Notes: generated by a model not told the origin, from the letters alone. A DNA stretch of 64,000 nt from Mobula hypostoma (GCF_963921235.1 NC_086107.1:98644001-98708000); one strand, 5' to 3'. Counted from the first letter of the stretch, positions 1-13,343 are shown. Translations and numbers: made by a program.

Positions 1-1398
1 GAGGAGCCTATCTGCACTTTGGTCCTCACTCTGAGTCTTGACAATCTGAAGAGATTTCCTTCTGATCTTGAACGAAGACAAATGCCCTCAGTGGCCTTCC
101 CAAAGACGGACTTGAGCAATACTGCAGAGAAGATGCCGAACAGCATCGGAGCGAAGACACACCCCTGAGGATGTTGAGGGACTCTGATGTGGAGCAGTCG
201 AACACTATGGTCCCCTTCACGTCCTTATGAAACGACCTGATGATGCTGAGTAAGATTGGGGGGCAACCGAAGAGAGATGCCGCAATAATTGTTACAGTCG
301 GTCCTGCCACCCTTGTTCTTGTAGAGAGTGGCAATGTTTGCATCCCTCATGTATTGGGGCATGCCACCTTCTCTCCAACACTGGCAGAGAATTTGATGCA
401 GCTCTGGGATGAGGGTGCCCTTGGCACATTTGAGAACCCCAGGAGGGATGCCATCTTTTACTGGTGCTTCCCCAGTAAAAAGTGCTTCCGGTGCCTCGCT
501 GAGTTCCTTCTGTGTGGGGTCTGCATCAAGTTCGATCATGGTGGGTAGAGGTTCAAAGGTGTTCAGAGCTTTTTCTGCAACAACAGTCTCTCTGGCATAC
601 AGCTCCAAGTAATGTTCTACCCGGCGTTCCATCTGCCATGTTCTGTCCTTGATTTCCTCTCCTGTTAATGACTTTTGAGGGGCAGTCTCCCCACTAATGG
701 ACCAATGGCTTGCTTGATTCCGTCATACATTCCTCTGAGGTTGCCAGTGTCAGCAGTTTCCTGGAGCCAGTAGTCATTGGCACACCGCCTGACAGTCTGT
801 TGAACTTTGTTCCAGGTAGACTGGAGCACTTGCAGGTTTGTCTCACTAGGAGAGGACTTGTACGCTGTCAGTGTATTTCTCTTCTGCTCAGTCAGAGGCG
901 CTTCAGAGTGGGCCTCAAACCAGTCAGCAGACTTGACTGTCTCTTCTCCGGTGGATATCGTAGTGTTGTAGATGGTGTCCCGCAGGTTTTCCCATCTCTT
1001 GCTGACACTGGCGTCGGGAGAGCCAGGCAGAGCTTCCCCCAGGGCTTGCACAGACTCGGCTATCTTTACAGGATCACAAGTATTGCTGGTGTCAATGCGT
1101 GGCCTCCCCTCCCTTCCGGAATGATGAAAGCTTCTTGGCTGAAGTTCTATCTTGCTGCACTGAAGGGAGTGGTCAGTGTCGCAGTCTGCTCTCTGGCAAC
1201 TACAAGTCACCTTGACAGTCTAAAGACTGCTGCGTCTGGTGAGTATGAGATCAAGTTGGTGCCAATGTTTGGACCTTGGATTTCTCTTTGGGTTGAAGCT
1301 TAGTGTTGAAGAAGGTGTTAGTGATACAGAGATCAGGTTGGAGTTCAAGGGGGCACCAGTCATTTTCATTCATCTTTCCAGTTCCAAACGGTCCCAAA
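1..1398 (-). mobile_element. Decayed RTE-clade LINE ORF2 fragment (end of endonuclease, linker, start of RT)
   Basis: Minus-strand peptides ...DGIPPGVLK...WREGGMPQYMRDANIATLYKNKGGRTDCNNYCGISL and DTDHSL...DWFEAH...GMYDGIKQAIGP match RTE ORF2; frameshifts and an internal deletion are present. Confidence 0.85.
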
Positions 1399-1426
1399 TG
1401 TATATGTATGTGTGTGTGTGTGTGTG

Positions 1427-2510
1427 TTAAATTAACTAAGTAGTGAGGTAGTGTTCATGGGTTCAATGTCCATTCAGAAACTTGATGGCAGAATGGTAGA
1501 AGCTGTTCCTGAATTATTGTGTGTGCGCCTTCAGGCTTCTGTACCTCCTTCCTGATGGTAACAATGGGAAGAGGGCATGTCCTGGGTGGTGGGGGCCCTT
1601 AATGACGGACCTTTTTGAGGCACAGCTCCTTGAAGATGTCATGGGTACTACAGAGGCCAGTACCCATGATGGAACTGACTAATTTTACAACTCTTGCAGC
1701 TTGCTTTGATCCTGTGCAGTAGCACCCCCCCCCCCCCATACCAGCCAGTGATGCAGCCAGTCAGAATGCTCTCCACGACTGGTTGGCATCCATCTGTCTC
1801 GAAGGACAATGGGTGATGATGATCATCACAAGCCTGGGCAGAAGGTATGGAGATCCTGAGATGTCCAGTTGCCAAGACCCCTCTCTCGGCCTCACCAGTG
1901 TAGTCCAAAGGAAACCTTGTGAAGCAATTTGTTTGGCTTGGCTACGGGAGCTGCTGGAAGGATGTTCGATGATGTCCAGCCGCCTTAGGGGCTCCACTCC
2001 GGATTTGCTGTCTGGGTTTACTCCCGTAGCCTTCGTCTCTCCCGAGGCTGCCCACGGGGCAGTGGGGCTATTAACCCATAGCTGGGGATCTGGATTACGA
2101 GCACCAGGGCGTGTCCACACACCATGAGCCTGGGTGGTAAGTGAGCAGGGGCCAGACCTCCTCCCCGTCCTCTGTAGTTCAGCCTGAGTCCAAAAGGAGT
2201 TCAGCTTCTGTGTGTCGCCAGCGAGGAGGCAGAACGTCAGGCTTGCTGTTGGAGATGCTGTGTACTAGCAGGGAGAGACTTGCGCGCATTCAGCTCTCCT
2301 TTTCGCAAGACCGCTAGCCAGCAGTGGAAGCTGAAAGTGAGAGTGACAAGCACTACCTACTACACTACCACTCTAGATGCACCACAACAACCATTTTCTC
2401 CAAGGTATATCTGTAGAAATTTGAGTGTTTTAGGTGACGTATCTAATCTCCTCAAACTCCTAATGAAATATAGCTGCTGACTTGTCTTCTTTATAGGTCT
2501 ATCGATATAG
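1427..2510 (-). mobile_element. Rex1/Babar-type LINE 3' fragment, split by an insertion at 1778-2396
   Basis: Minus-strand VESILTGCITGWYG motif typical of the Rex1/Babar ORF2 C-terminus; the host sequence resumes at 2397. Confidence 0.75.
1778..2396 (-). mobile_element. Non-autonomous RTE-derived element, copy 1
   Basis: Closely similar to 24049-24651. The minus strand ends in CCATTGTCCTTCGAGACAGATGGATGCCAAC, an RTE-type 3' terminus. Flanked by TCTCCACG (1770-1777) and TCTCCAAG (2397-2404). Confidence 0.7.
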
Positions 2511-3210
2511 AATTGAATTACTTGCGTCCTTTACACATGAGGGGTAAAAATCTTTATGTTACATCTCTGTCCAAATGTACAATGTGCAATTTATAGTAAT
2601 TTATAATAAATAGTATGTACAACAGGACAGTCAATATAACATAGAAATACAGTTGTGTCAGCCTGAATTAATTGGTCTGTTCGCCTGGTGGAAGAAGCTG
2701 TCCCAGACCCTGTTGGTCCTGGCTTTATGTTGCAGTACCACTTCCTGGATGGTAGCAGATGGAACAGTTTGTGGTTGGGGTGATCAGGGTCCCCAGTGAT
2801 CCTTCAGGCCCTTTTTACACACCTGCCTTTGTAAATATCCTGATTCGTGGGAAGTTCACATCTACAGATGCGCTGGGCTGTCCACACCACTCTCTGCAGA
2901 GTCCTGTGATTAAGGGAGGTACAGTTCCCGTACCAGGCAATGATGCAGCCAGTCAGGGTGCTCTCAATTGTGCCCCTGTAGAAAGTTCTTAGGATTTGGG
3001 GGCCCATACCAAACTTCTTTAACTGTCTGAGGTGAAAGAGGCACTGTTGTGCTTTTTTCACCACATGGCTGGTATATACAGACCACGTGAGATCTTCAGT
3101 GATGTTTATGCTGAGGAACTTAAAGCTGTTGCGACCAGGCTAGACCCTCAGAGATATTGACACCCAGGAACTTGAAATTGCTCACTCTCTCCACTTGTGG
3201 CCCCTCTGAG
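2511..3210 (-). mobile_element. Rex1/Babar-type LINE 3' fragment
   Basis: ORF 2804-3064 KKAQQCLFHLRQLKKFG...IESTLTGCIIAWYGNC and ORF 3120-3314 VSNFKFLGVNISEGL. Confidence 0.85.
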
Positions 3211-4073
3211 GACTTGTGTGTGTTACCTCGCCTTGCCCTTTCTGAAGACTGTGAGAAGCTTCTGTCTGAACCCATTCCATACGCAAGTCGATTGAGGTAA
3301 TGCAAAGGGGACAAATAATGTGTTTGAGTTACAAACTACAAGGCAGGTGGACATGTAAAGGGCTGTGACAAGGTGGAGAGACCAGGAGTTCATCTTTATT
3401 GTGTAAAAGATCCGTGCAAGAGTCTGATAGCAGCAGGAAAGGAGTCTTGAGCCTGGAGGTGCAAGTTCTCTAACTTTTGTACCTTCTGCCTGATGGAAGG
3501 CGAGGGAAGAAAGAGTGGCGAGGTTGGAGGGGGGCCTTGCTTGCGCTGGCTGCTTTCCCAATGCAGTTGGAGGTGTAGGCAGAGTCACTGGAGGGGGGGC
3601 TGGATCTTGTGATAGATTAGGCTACTGTACGAATCTGGATGGGATGGCTTTGGAAGGATTTGCCATTGTAATTTCAAAATGTAGTTCCAATTTGTAAATC
3701 GAGATCATTAATGTTGAGTTCCCTCCAATAAATGAAAGTTTAACTGACATATTTATCACAAGCATGGTTGGTCCTGAATAGCTTCTTGCATGTGCAAGTA
3801 CCGCCTTGGGGCAAACGAGGATGGGTTGCCAAAATTGTACCTGTTCCAATGCAAGTTATTAATGAGTGGTACCGGTGGGCCCTCAGGAATGCTACCCATG
3901 CCACGTGCTGGTGAGGCTAGAAATAGGAAGATTATATAGCTTGACACGTGGCTGAGGAATTGGTGTAGGAGGAAGAGCTTCAGAGTTTTGGATCAATGAG
4001 CTCCCTTTCAGAGAAGGTGGGACCTGTACAGAAGGGACTGTTTGCACCTGAGCTGGAGGTGGACTAATATTCT

Positions 4074-4566
4074 TTTTTTAATATTCTTTTTATTTTTTTT
4101 ATTGCAAACAAACAAAAAAACAATAAAATACAGCACATCCACAAAAACCACGACCTTAACAAAATCAAATTAAATACTGAGCAGCAAAAGGGAGAAAAAT
4201 ATAAAGGCAAAAGTAAACATACACAGCAGAGGTGTACCTCACCAAAAAACCTCAGTCCTCACCCCGTAAGAAAGTCCAATACAGGGCCCCATATGCTTTC
4301 AAAGATGTCCCCTCTGTCCTTATTACATAGTCTCAGTCTCTCCAAATGCAAAGTATTTGCCGGTTCTCTCAGCCACAGATCATACGTAGTCACAGAGTCC
4401 ATTTTCCACATTTGCAGGATTAACTTCTTAGCAATCACCATTCCAAACAATACAGCCATTTTTTCGTACATATTGGCTGAAGATAGGGAGCTTGTTGCTC
4501 CAAGGATGGCTATGAGCGGGTCTGGTTCCCACCGCTTCCCAAAAGCCTCAGAGAAACAGTGAAAAA
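4074..4566 (-). mobile_element. 5'-truncated L1-clade LINE
   Basis: Poly(T) at 4074, L1 ORF2 C-terminus (IAKKLILQMWK...LHLERLRL...FESIWGP), perfect 15-bp TSD GTGGACTAATATTCT (4059-4073, 4567-4581). Confidence 0.85.
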
Positions 4567-5862
4567 GTGGACTAATATTCTAGTGGGAAGTTTTGTTAAT
4601 GCTCCACGGTGGGGTTTAAACTAGAGCTGCAGGAGGAAGGGAACCAAGGTGCCAGAAGAGTTAGTGGAAAGGTTGTGCAGACAGATGTTGGAATGACCTC
4701 AGACAAAGTCAGGAATCAAAAGGATGAGCATAGTGTGACTAGTGTCCTGAGCTGCATATATGTCAATGCAAGAAGTATTGTAGAGAAGACAGATGAGCAC
4801 AGGGCATGGATCAACACCTGGAATTATGATATTATAGCCATTAGTGAGACTTGGTTGCAGGAGGGGCAGGACTGGTGTGACTAGTCAGGGCAGTGCTCAG
4901 TCAGAGCAGACGGGAGAACTCGTCTAATGAGGTTTTATGGGTGGAACCGTGTAATAAGAAAGATAGCTACGTTAATGGAATTTACAGGAACAAATTTGTA
5001 GAGAGATCACAGACAGTTGCAAGAAACCCAAGTTATTAGAGGGAATGAGATAGGGCAGGTGATAAAAGTTTGTATAGCAGAACACTTTGCATCTCGTGAC
5101 TACAATGCCATTAGTTTCAAAGTAAATATGCAAAAAGATAGGTCTGGCCTGCAGGTTGAGGTTCTAAATTGGAGAAAGGGTATCAGAAAGGATTGAGACA
5201 GACTGTTTTCTGGCAAAAGGTGTGTTTGGTAAGTGGGAAGCCTTCAAGTGTGAAATTTTGAGAGTTCAAAGCTTGTTATGTACCTGTCAGAATAAAAGGT
5301 TAAGATAACAGGTGTAGGAAACCTGGATTTTCAAGGTAGATTAAGGCCCAAATTAAGAAAAAAAGGCAGGTGTGTAGGCAGGTAGGAACAAATGAGGTGT
5401 TTATGGAGTTTTTAAGAAATCAAAAGGGGTAAAAGAAGGTCTGAGGTTGCCCAAGCAGACACGGTGAAGGAGAAACCTAAGAAATTCTACAGACGTGTTA
5501 AGAGCCAAAGGATTGTAAGAGGCAAAAATGGTCCCTCTGAAAGATCAGAATAATAATCCCATGTGTGGAGCCAAAAGAGATGTGGGAGATCTGAAATGTT
5601 TGCACCTCAGGAGACGGACACGGGGTCTTTAGAAGTGAGGCAAATCTGCATCATTTTCATGGCCATGATACAGATTACAGAGGAGGCATTGTTTGCTGTC
5701 CTTAGGCAAATTACAGGATAAAGCCCCAGGGCCTGACAAGATATTCCCTCAGATCCTGCTGGAGGCAAGTGTACAAATTGCCAGGGCCCCAGCAGAGATA
5801 TTTAAATCATCCTTAGTGACAGGTGAGGTACCAGAGGACTGGAGGACAGCCAATGCTGTTCA

Positions 5863-6345
5863 AATAGTCATAGTTATAGTCATAGTCATACTTTATTGAT
5901 CCCGGAGGAAATTGGTTTTCGTTACAGTTGCACCATAAATAATAAATAGCAATAAAACCATAAATAGTTAAATAGTAATATGTAAATTATGCCAGTAAAT
6001 TATGAAATAAGTCCAGGACTAGCCTATTGGCTCAGGGTGTCTGACCCTCCAAGGGAGGAGTTGTAAAGTTTGATGGCCACAGGCAGGAATGACTTCCTAT
6101 GACGCTCTGTGTTGCATCTCGGTGGAATGAGTCTCTGGCTGAATGTACTCCTGTGCCCACCCAGTACATTATGTAGTGGATGGGAGACATTGTCCAAGAT
6201 GGCATGCAACTTAGACAGCATCCTCTTTTCAGACACCACCGTCAGAGAGTCCAGTTCCATCCCCACAACATCACTGGCCTTACGAATGAGTTTGTTGATT
6301 CTGTTGGTGTCTGCTACCCTCAGCCTGCTGCCCCGGCACACAACA
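5863..6345 (-). mobile_element. Rex1/Babar-type LINE 3' fragment nested in CR1
   Basis: ORF 6024-6341 KLIRKAS...HPLH...RHRKSFLPVAIKLYN; short tandem tail (ATAGTC)n at 5864-5892; CR1 resumes at ~6346. Confidence 0.85.
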
Positions 6346-8349
6346 ATGTTTTAAGAAAGGCTCTAAAAATAAACCAAGAAATTATAGGCTGGCAAGCCTG
6401 ACATCAGTGGTGAGAGAGTTATTGGAAGCTATACTAAGGAACTGGGTGTATAAGTAATTGGATAGACATGGACTGATTAAGGATAGTCAGCAAGGCTTTG
6501 TGCGTGGCACGTCATGTCTAACCAACCTTAGAATTTTTCAAGGAAGTTGCCAGGAAAGTGGATGGAGGCAAGGCATTGGATGTTGTCTACATGGACTTCA
6601 GCAAGGCTTTTGACATGGTCCCACATGGGAGTTTGGTCAAAAAGGTTCGGTCACTCAGCATTCAGGATGAGGTAGTAAATTAGATTAGACATTGGCTTTG
6701 TGGGAGAAGCCAGAGGGTGGTAGTAGATGGTTGTCTCTCTTGACCGGAGGTCTGTGACTAGTGGCGTGCCACAGGGATCGGTGCTGGATCCTTTGTTGTT
6801 TGTCATCTATATCAATGATCTGGACGATAATGTGGTTAACTGGATCAGCAAATTTGTGGATGACGCCAAGATTGGGGGTGCAGTAGACAGCGAGGAAGAC
6901 TATCATGGCTTGCAGTGGGATCTGAACCAACCGGAAAAATGGGCTGAAAAATGCAAGATGGAATTTAATGCAGACAAGTATGAGGTTCTGCACTTCGGCA
7001 GGACCAACCAGGGTAGGTCTCGCGCAGTGAATGGTAGGGCACTGAGGGGTGTGGTAGAACAAAGGGATCTGGGAATACAAGTCCATAATTCATTGAAAAT
7101 AGTGCCACAGGTAGATAAGGTTGTAAAGAAAGCTTTTGGCATATTGGCCTTCATAGAGCAAAGTATTGAGTACAGGAGATGGGATGTTATGTTGAAGTTG
7201 TATAAGCTGTTGGTGAGGCCTAATTTGGAGTATCGTGTGCAGTTTTAGTCACCTACCTACAGGAAAGATGTAAGTAGGGTTGAAAGAGTAGAGAGAAAAT
7301 TTACAAGGATGTTGCCGAGTCTGGAGGACCAGAGTTATAAGGAAAGATTGAAGAGGTTAGGACTTTATTCCTTGGAATGTAGAAGGTTGAGATGAGAATT
7401 GTTAGAGGTATACAGAATTAAGGTCCTGGATAAGGCAAGCAGGCTTTTTCCACTAAGGCTGGGTGGGACTACAACTAGAGGTCATGGGTTAAGGGTGAAA
7501 GGTGAAATGTTTAAGGGGTGCATGAGGGGAAACTTCAGTCAGAGGGTGGTTAGAGTGTGGAACAAGCTGCCGGCACAAATGGTGCATGCGAGCTCGATTT
7601 CAATGTTTGAGAAGTTTGGACAGGTACATGGATGGTAGGGGTATGGAAGGCTATAGTCCCGGGGCAGGTCAATGGGAGTAAGCAGTTTATAATGGTTTGG
7701 CACAGACTAGATGGACTGAATGGCCTGTTTCTGTGCTGTACTTTTCTATGATTCTATGACTATTTGAATTCATTTCTATCGTACTGAGCAACAAACAACT
7801 GATGTCTGCAGTGACATTTAATTTCCTTATTGGCATCATTCTGATGACTAAGCTCTCAACACTTGGACTCTTGCCAAAGTTCAATCAGGAATAGATTATT
7901 GTGTTGAAATGTTGCAATTTAGAGGGTCATGGGTTGACAACCTAAAAGTCAGCCTGTGGGGCCCGCGGCAGCAACTTGCATCTTGGTATAATTATAGTAA
8001 TTAGCCTTTATAATGTGAGAAATTGAACACAATGTCATACTGCAACTATATACTGTTTTAGTCAAACTGCACTGGAGTATTATATAGTTTTGGTTTCCTT
8101 ATTTAATAATTACATGCTAAAGGAAAAGAGCACATGATAAATATACTTTATTGTTGAATCCTGTTATGGAAGTTCAGCAGGCCGAGTTACAGGCTACTCA
8201 TACAAACTGCTGGAAGAACTCAGTAGGTCAGGCAGCATCTGTGGAAATGAATAAGCAGTTGACGTTTTGGAATGAGGACTGGAAAAGAAGGGGGAAGATA
8301 CCAGAGCAAACTGCCACTGCTCCTCAGGGTGTCCATTTCCTAGTCTCCT

Positions 8350-8660
8350 GCCGTTTCATAGGAGCAGGAGCCATTCAACTTTGTCCGACCAACCCTGATT
8401 AATCAAGAATTAGTCAGGTCACTAAAAGTGTGTGGGGAAAAGGCAGAAGAATCCCTATCAAACTCCACTTTAAATACACCCAATGACTTGGCCTATACAG
8501 CCGTGGCAATGAATTCCACAGATTCACAATCCTTTGGCTAAAGAAATTCCTCACTATCTCTGTTCTGAAGAGATTACCTTCTATTCTGAAGCTGTGCTCT
8601 CTGGTCCTAGACTCTCCCACTATTGGAAACATCTCCATGTCTACTCTGGGCCTTGCAATC
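8350..8660 (-). mobile_element. CR1 3' fragment
   Basis: MFPIVGESRTREHSFRIEG...RNFFSQRIVNLWNSLP motif. Confidence 0.8.
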
Positions 8661-9029
8661 TATTTGTGCCTTGATGCATCTGTTCATGACAGCAATGATA
8701 TAAATTAACACCGCACAGTCCTCGTGGAGACAAAAATCCTGTCTTCACCCAGTGACACTTACCACACTAAATGGGACAGACTCAAAGCAGTTCTGGTGGT
8801 TCAAAACTAGAATCAAGTTAAACACAACCAACCCAGTCCATACAAACTGTGTTAGGTACAGGTATTTCCTTAATATAGGCTTTCAGCAGCTCTGAGAAGA
8901 GTCTTTATTTACCTGGTGTCCATCTGGGGAGGAACTCCAGTGGCCTTGTAATCCAAAATGACCAAAATATCGTCAGTGGTTAACTGTGCTCTGAAATGAC
9001 TGAACAAGTATTGGACCATTACTGGTAGC

Positions 9030-9190
9030 CAGCCACCTTAATTCAAGTTCCCATTCCCACACAAACGTGCCTATCCACTGCCAGGTCAAAGATGACGCAA
9101 ATTCGAGGAACGGCATGTCCTACTGGGCAGTCTCCAACCTGGCAGCATGAGCATCAAATCAAATCAAATTCTTAAACTTCCAGGTAGCTT
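9030..9190 (+). mobile_element. Decayed Penelope-like GIY-YIG C-terminal fragment
   Basis: Encodes a degenerate ...LGSLQPGSMSI, homologous to LGSLQLDGMNINF at 33150-33247. Confidence 0.5.
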
Positions 9191-9349
9191 TCTGTCCCTT
9201 GTGCTTTCTAATATCGAGCCAATTATGTATCCACCTGGCTGGCTCTCCCTGGATCCCTTGTGATCTAACCTTCTACACAGGATCTTATCAAAGGCCATAG
9301 GTCCATATGGACCAGGGGGTTCCTAACCTTTATATATTTATTGTAAGTA

Positions 9350-9903
9350 GGATGCTATGCACAAATCTGATTTGATGGAGGCAGATGTGAGAAGCACGGA
9401 AGAACATCTGGAGAAACTTCTGAAATGCCCGGTTTGCTGCCACTGCTACTGTGCAATCGAGAATCTCCAGAAGGAAGGCACCAAAATCCTCGGATTTGCC
9501 TGCTGCTGGCGACCAGGGCTGTGGTCAAAGCACTCGGCAGGGATGGTGCTCGTTGTCGGAAGGCTGGTCAGAGGCTTGAAGTTTTCGGACGACTCAGAGT
9601 CGGACTGTGGTCGGGCATAGCAGGGAGAGTTTTCTTCCTTCTCCCGTCTGCGTGAGATGTGGGACTTTCGAGAGACTTTGAACTTTTTTTTACCGCGCCC
9701 ATGGCCTGTTCTTCATCAAGCTATGGTATTGCTTGCACTGTTGTAACTATATGTTATAATTATGTGTTTTTTGTCAGTTTTTCAGTCTTGGTCTGTCCTG
9801 TGTTTCTGTGATATCACACCAGAGGAATATTGTAACATTTCTTAATGCATGCATTACTAAATGACAATAAAAGAGGACTGCGTGTCCTCATAATCTAATC
9901 TAA
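9350..9903 (+). mobile_element. Non-coding LINE-dependent repeat, copy 1
   Basis: 9357-9555 is the reverse-complement match of 17905-18100; ends in ...GACAATAAAAG... plus a (TAATC)n tail. Confidence 0.65.
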
Positions 9904-9904
9904 G

Positions 9905-10157
9905 ATACAGTGCAGAATAGGCCCTTCCAGTCCTCAAACCACGCCGCCCAGCAATTTCCCGATCTAATGTCAGGTTCATCACGGGACAATTTACAATGAC
10001 CAATTAACCTACCAAGCAGCACGCTTTTAAACTGTGGGAGGAGACCACGTGATCACGGGGAGAACGTACAAACTTCTTACAGGCAGCGGCGGGAATTGAA
10101 CCCGGGTCGCCCGCACTGTAAAGCATTGTGCTAACCACTACGCTACCGTGCCGTCCC
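9905..10157 (-). mobile_element. HE1/V-SINE-type tRNA-derived SINE
   Basis: tRNA-like head (GGTAGCGTAGTGGTTAGC...GGTTCAATTCCC on the minus strand) and a V-domain-like core; same family as 16723-17000. Confidence 0.8.
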
Positions 10158-10159
10158 TA

Positions 10160-10980
10160 CCATTAACTGAGGGATCCGTGGACCCCAGATTGGGAACCCC
10201 CGTAGATGATGCCCCCTGCACTGCCCATATCAATCATGTAGTTTACCTCTAAAATAAGCTCTAACAAACTTGTGAAACACAATTGTCCATGCACAAAGCC
10301 ATGCTGGTTGTTCCCGGTCAGTCCTTGTTGATCAAAAGTGTTCATAGATCCCATCTCTCAGAACTCGCTCCGGTAATTTGCCCCATCGTTGGTATCAGGG
10401 CTCACCAGCCTGTATTTCCCCGGTTTGTCTACACTGACTTTTAAGTAACGGTACATTAGCCAACCTCCAGTCTTCCAGATCTTCACTGGAGCTAATGATG
10501 CATTCATTTATTTTTAGATGCAACGTGGAGTAGTCTCTTCTGCCCTTTCAAGCCATGCTGCCCAGCAATCCTCCAATTTAACCCTAGCCTAATCATAGGA
10601 CAATTTGTTATGACCAATTAACCTACCAACCGGTACGTCTTTGGACTGTGGGAGGAAACCGCAGCACCCGGAGAAAACTCACGGGGAGAATCTCTGCAAA
10701 GGCCTCTGCAATTTCTTTCCTAGGAAGGCCGGAAGGTGCACTCGGTCGGGCCCTGTACATTTTTCCATGTTTAGTATTCTTTAAGACTGCCACTACCTCA
10801 TCCTTGGTTATTTTTACATGGTCCAAAACATCACAACTCATTTGCCTCACTTCTTTAGCTTCCATGGTCTCAGCCTGGAAACTGTCATTAGAAGTCTCAC
10901 CCATCTCCTGTGGCTGTGTGGACAGATAACAATGCTGATCTTTAAGGGTACCATTTTTTTTCCCTAACTATCCTCTTACT
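10160..10980 (-). mobile_element. Decayed CR1 RT fragment containing a SINE at ~10510-10690
   Basis: NQHGFVHGQLCFTSLLE and DVLDHVKITKDEV peptides. Confidence 0.7.
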
Positions 10981-10984
10981 AAGT

Positions 10985-11570
10985 TTAAAAAAAGTAAATG
11001 TTATTATTAAAGTAGATATATGTCAATATATACAACCCTGCGAGTCATTTTCTTTTGGCCATACCCAGCAAATCTATAGAATAGTAACTATAACAGGATC
11101 AATGAAAGATCAACCAGAGTGCAGAAGACAACAAATTATGCAAATGCAAATAGAAATAATGAGAACGTGAGATAATAGGATTAAAAAGTCCTTAAGGTGA
11201 GATCATTGTTTGTGGAAAAGTAAATGAATGGGCAAGTGAGTGTAGTTACCTTCTTTAGTTGAAGAGCCTGATGGTTGAGGGATAGTAATTGTTCCCGAAC
11301 CTGGTGGTGCAAGTCCTGAGGCCCTTGTACCTTTGGCAGCAGTAAGAAAAGAGCCTGGTCTGGATGGTGAGGATTTCTGACGATGGATGCTGCTTTCCTA
11401 CGACAGCGTTTCATTTAGATGTGCTCAATGGTTGGGAAGGCTTTACCCGTGATATACAGGGTCAAATCCACTACCTTTTGTTGAATTTTCCATTCAAGGG
11501 CATTGGTGTTCCCATACCAGGGCATGATGCAGCCAGCTCATACACTGTCCACTACGCATCCATGGAACTT
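10985..11570 (-). mobile_element. Rex1/Babar-type LINE 3' fragment
   Basis: RCRRKAASIVRNPHHP motif and the family 3' UTR. Confidence 0.75.
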
Positions 11571-12089
11571 GCTCTTAATATACTTGTAGAATCTCTTGGT
11601 GGGTTCCTCAGCCTTACTTGCCAAATCCACCTCTTTTCTGTCCTCTTGATTTACCTGCTAACTTTACTAATACTCAAGTGACCTTCTTTCCCTGTCCTTT
11701 GTTCTGTTGTTCCCTGCATTTCTGTCTGGCCAGCAGCATCCTCCCAGAGCCCGGTGAGGGACTTGACATCGTTCTGACTAATACAGATCATATTTCCAAA
11801 ATCTGCAGTGTTTTTGCTTTCAGAAACTATCTGTAAAGTAATAGAGTTATTTCAATCCCCAATGTTAACTGGGATTCCCTTCGGTTTGAAGGACATGGGG
11901 CAGATGGGTGGGGAGGCAGGGGAGTGGGGAGATGCTGTTAGAATTTTTAAATTTCTTGCTACCAGTACAAAGCTGGTTCTCTTGGAGAAGAGCAACACTG
12001 AACTTGATCTTAGCCAGGTGAATGGCTGGAGTGTCAGTCAGTGAGAGAATATTTTGGAGATTTTGACTACAACTCAAATTGTTCGTGAT

Positions 12090-13235
12090 AAATATGGAAA
12101 TTATGGATGAGAACCGTCCAGAAAAATTAAGGTCTGAAAATGGGCTAAGGCCGATTTCAATGTAATGTGCAGGATCAGATAAATCTTATAAGTTAGGGCG
12201 TGAAAGGCAGGAGAATGGGGTTGAGACGAAAATGGATCGATCATGATCAAATGGCAAAGCAGACTCGATGGGCCGAATGGCCTGATTCTGCTCCAGTATC
12301 TCATGGCCTTAAACTGAGGCAACTACTTGCTGGTAAATCAAAATCTAACAAGTGGAATTATTCAAAAGTGGATCTACAAGAGTTCAGAACCAATGACTTC
12401 CCACAAGAGTGATAGGTAAGGACAGAAAAGTAAAGGAATTCTGGATGTCAAGAGAGTTCTATGTGGGGGGTCAAGAGATAAAAATTGACAGAACCTTCAG
12501 GAGCAGTATGTGAAAGGTACAGAGCAGGAAATTGGGATTGCAGTCAAGCGTTTCTTATTTCATGCATGAGGATAACTAAGGAAAGTGCAGGGCTGTTAGA
12601 AATCAAATGGGTAATCTGCGCATGGGTCAGCAGATGTAGGTGAGGTATTGAATGATTGCTTCTTATCTGTATTTACTGAAGGAATGGACTTTGTAGTTGG
12701 GGAATTCCATAAAGGGGCAGGAAGGTTCAAGAACTTACTGTAAATTTTAAAAGGAAGAGGTATTTGTGGTCTTGGCAGGTTTAAAGATGGATAAATCCTC
12801 AGGACATAATGAGTTATATCCCAGTCTCTGATGGGAGAGAGTCCAAAAAGGAGATAACTGTGGTGTTGGACAGCTTTTAATCTGTTGGCCACAGTTGAGG
12901 GACTAAATGACTAGACACCAGATGTGCTACCATTTATTCAAGCAGGGTAGTGGGAGCAAGGTTGTAAATCTAATACCAACGTTAGGGAAGTTTTCGGAAA
13001 AAGTTAAGGCACAGGATTAATATATTCTGGGAAAGCCCAGGATTATTTGTTGAAGGAATGACCTGTCTGATCAGTTTGATTCATGAGGGCAGTCTGGTTG
13101 ATGTAGTCTACATGGGCTTCGGTGAAACTTTTAACAATGTGCCACTTGGGAGATAGATCCAAGAGTGATAGAATCCATCAGATCCAAGTCAACTGGCTTG
13201 CTAAGAGAAGCATAGGTTGATGGTGGAGTCTTTTC
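12090..13235 (+). mobile_element. Strongly decayed CR1 ORF2 fragment
   Basis: Residual motifs GATGTAGTCTACATGG...TTTAACAATGTGCCAC (DVVYM.F..AF..VP) and similarity to other CR1 copies in the window. Confidence 0.6.
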
Positions 13236-13343
13236 TGTTGATCAGTGTCAAAACAGCCAAATTAAATCCACTGTGATTCAATGTTGTAAAACAATAAAAC
13301 ATGAAAACTTCCAAGGGGATGAATACTTTTTATAGGCTCTGTA
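13236..13343. mobile_element. Orphan Tc1 right-end TIR
   Basis: Reverse complement of the left TIR of the element at 35873; ends ...TATAGGCTCTG-TA. Confidence 0.75.

Larger units (their letters stand above)
3946..7762 (+). mobile_element. CR1-clade LINE (end of ORF1, APE, RT, 3' tail) with two nested insertions
   Basis: ORF1 esterase-like WLRNWCRRKSF...DLYRRDCLHL; APE CIYVNARSI...IAISETWL; KAPGPD; RT SGVPQGSVL...ISKFVDD; CR1 tail ...TTCTATGATTCTATG. Many stops. Confidence 0.9.
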
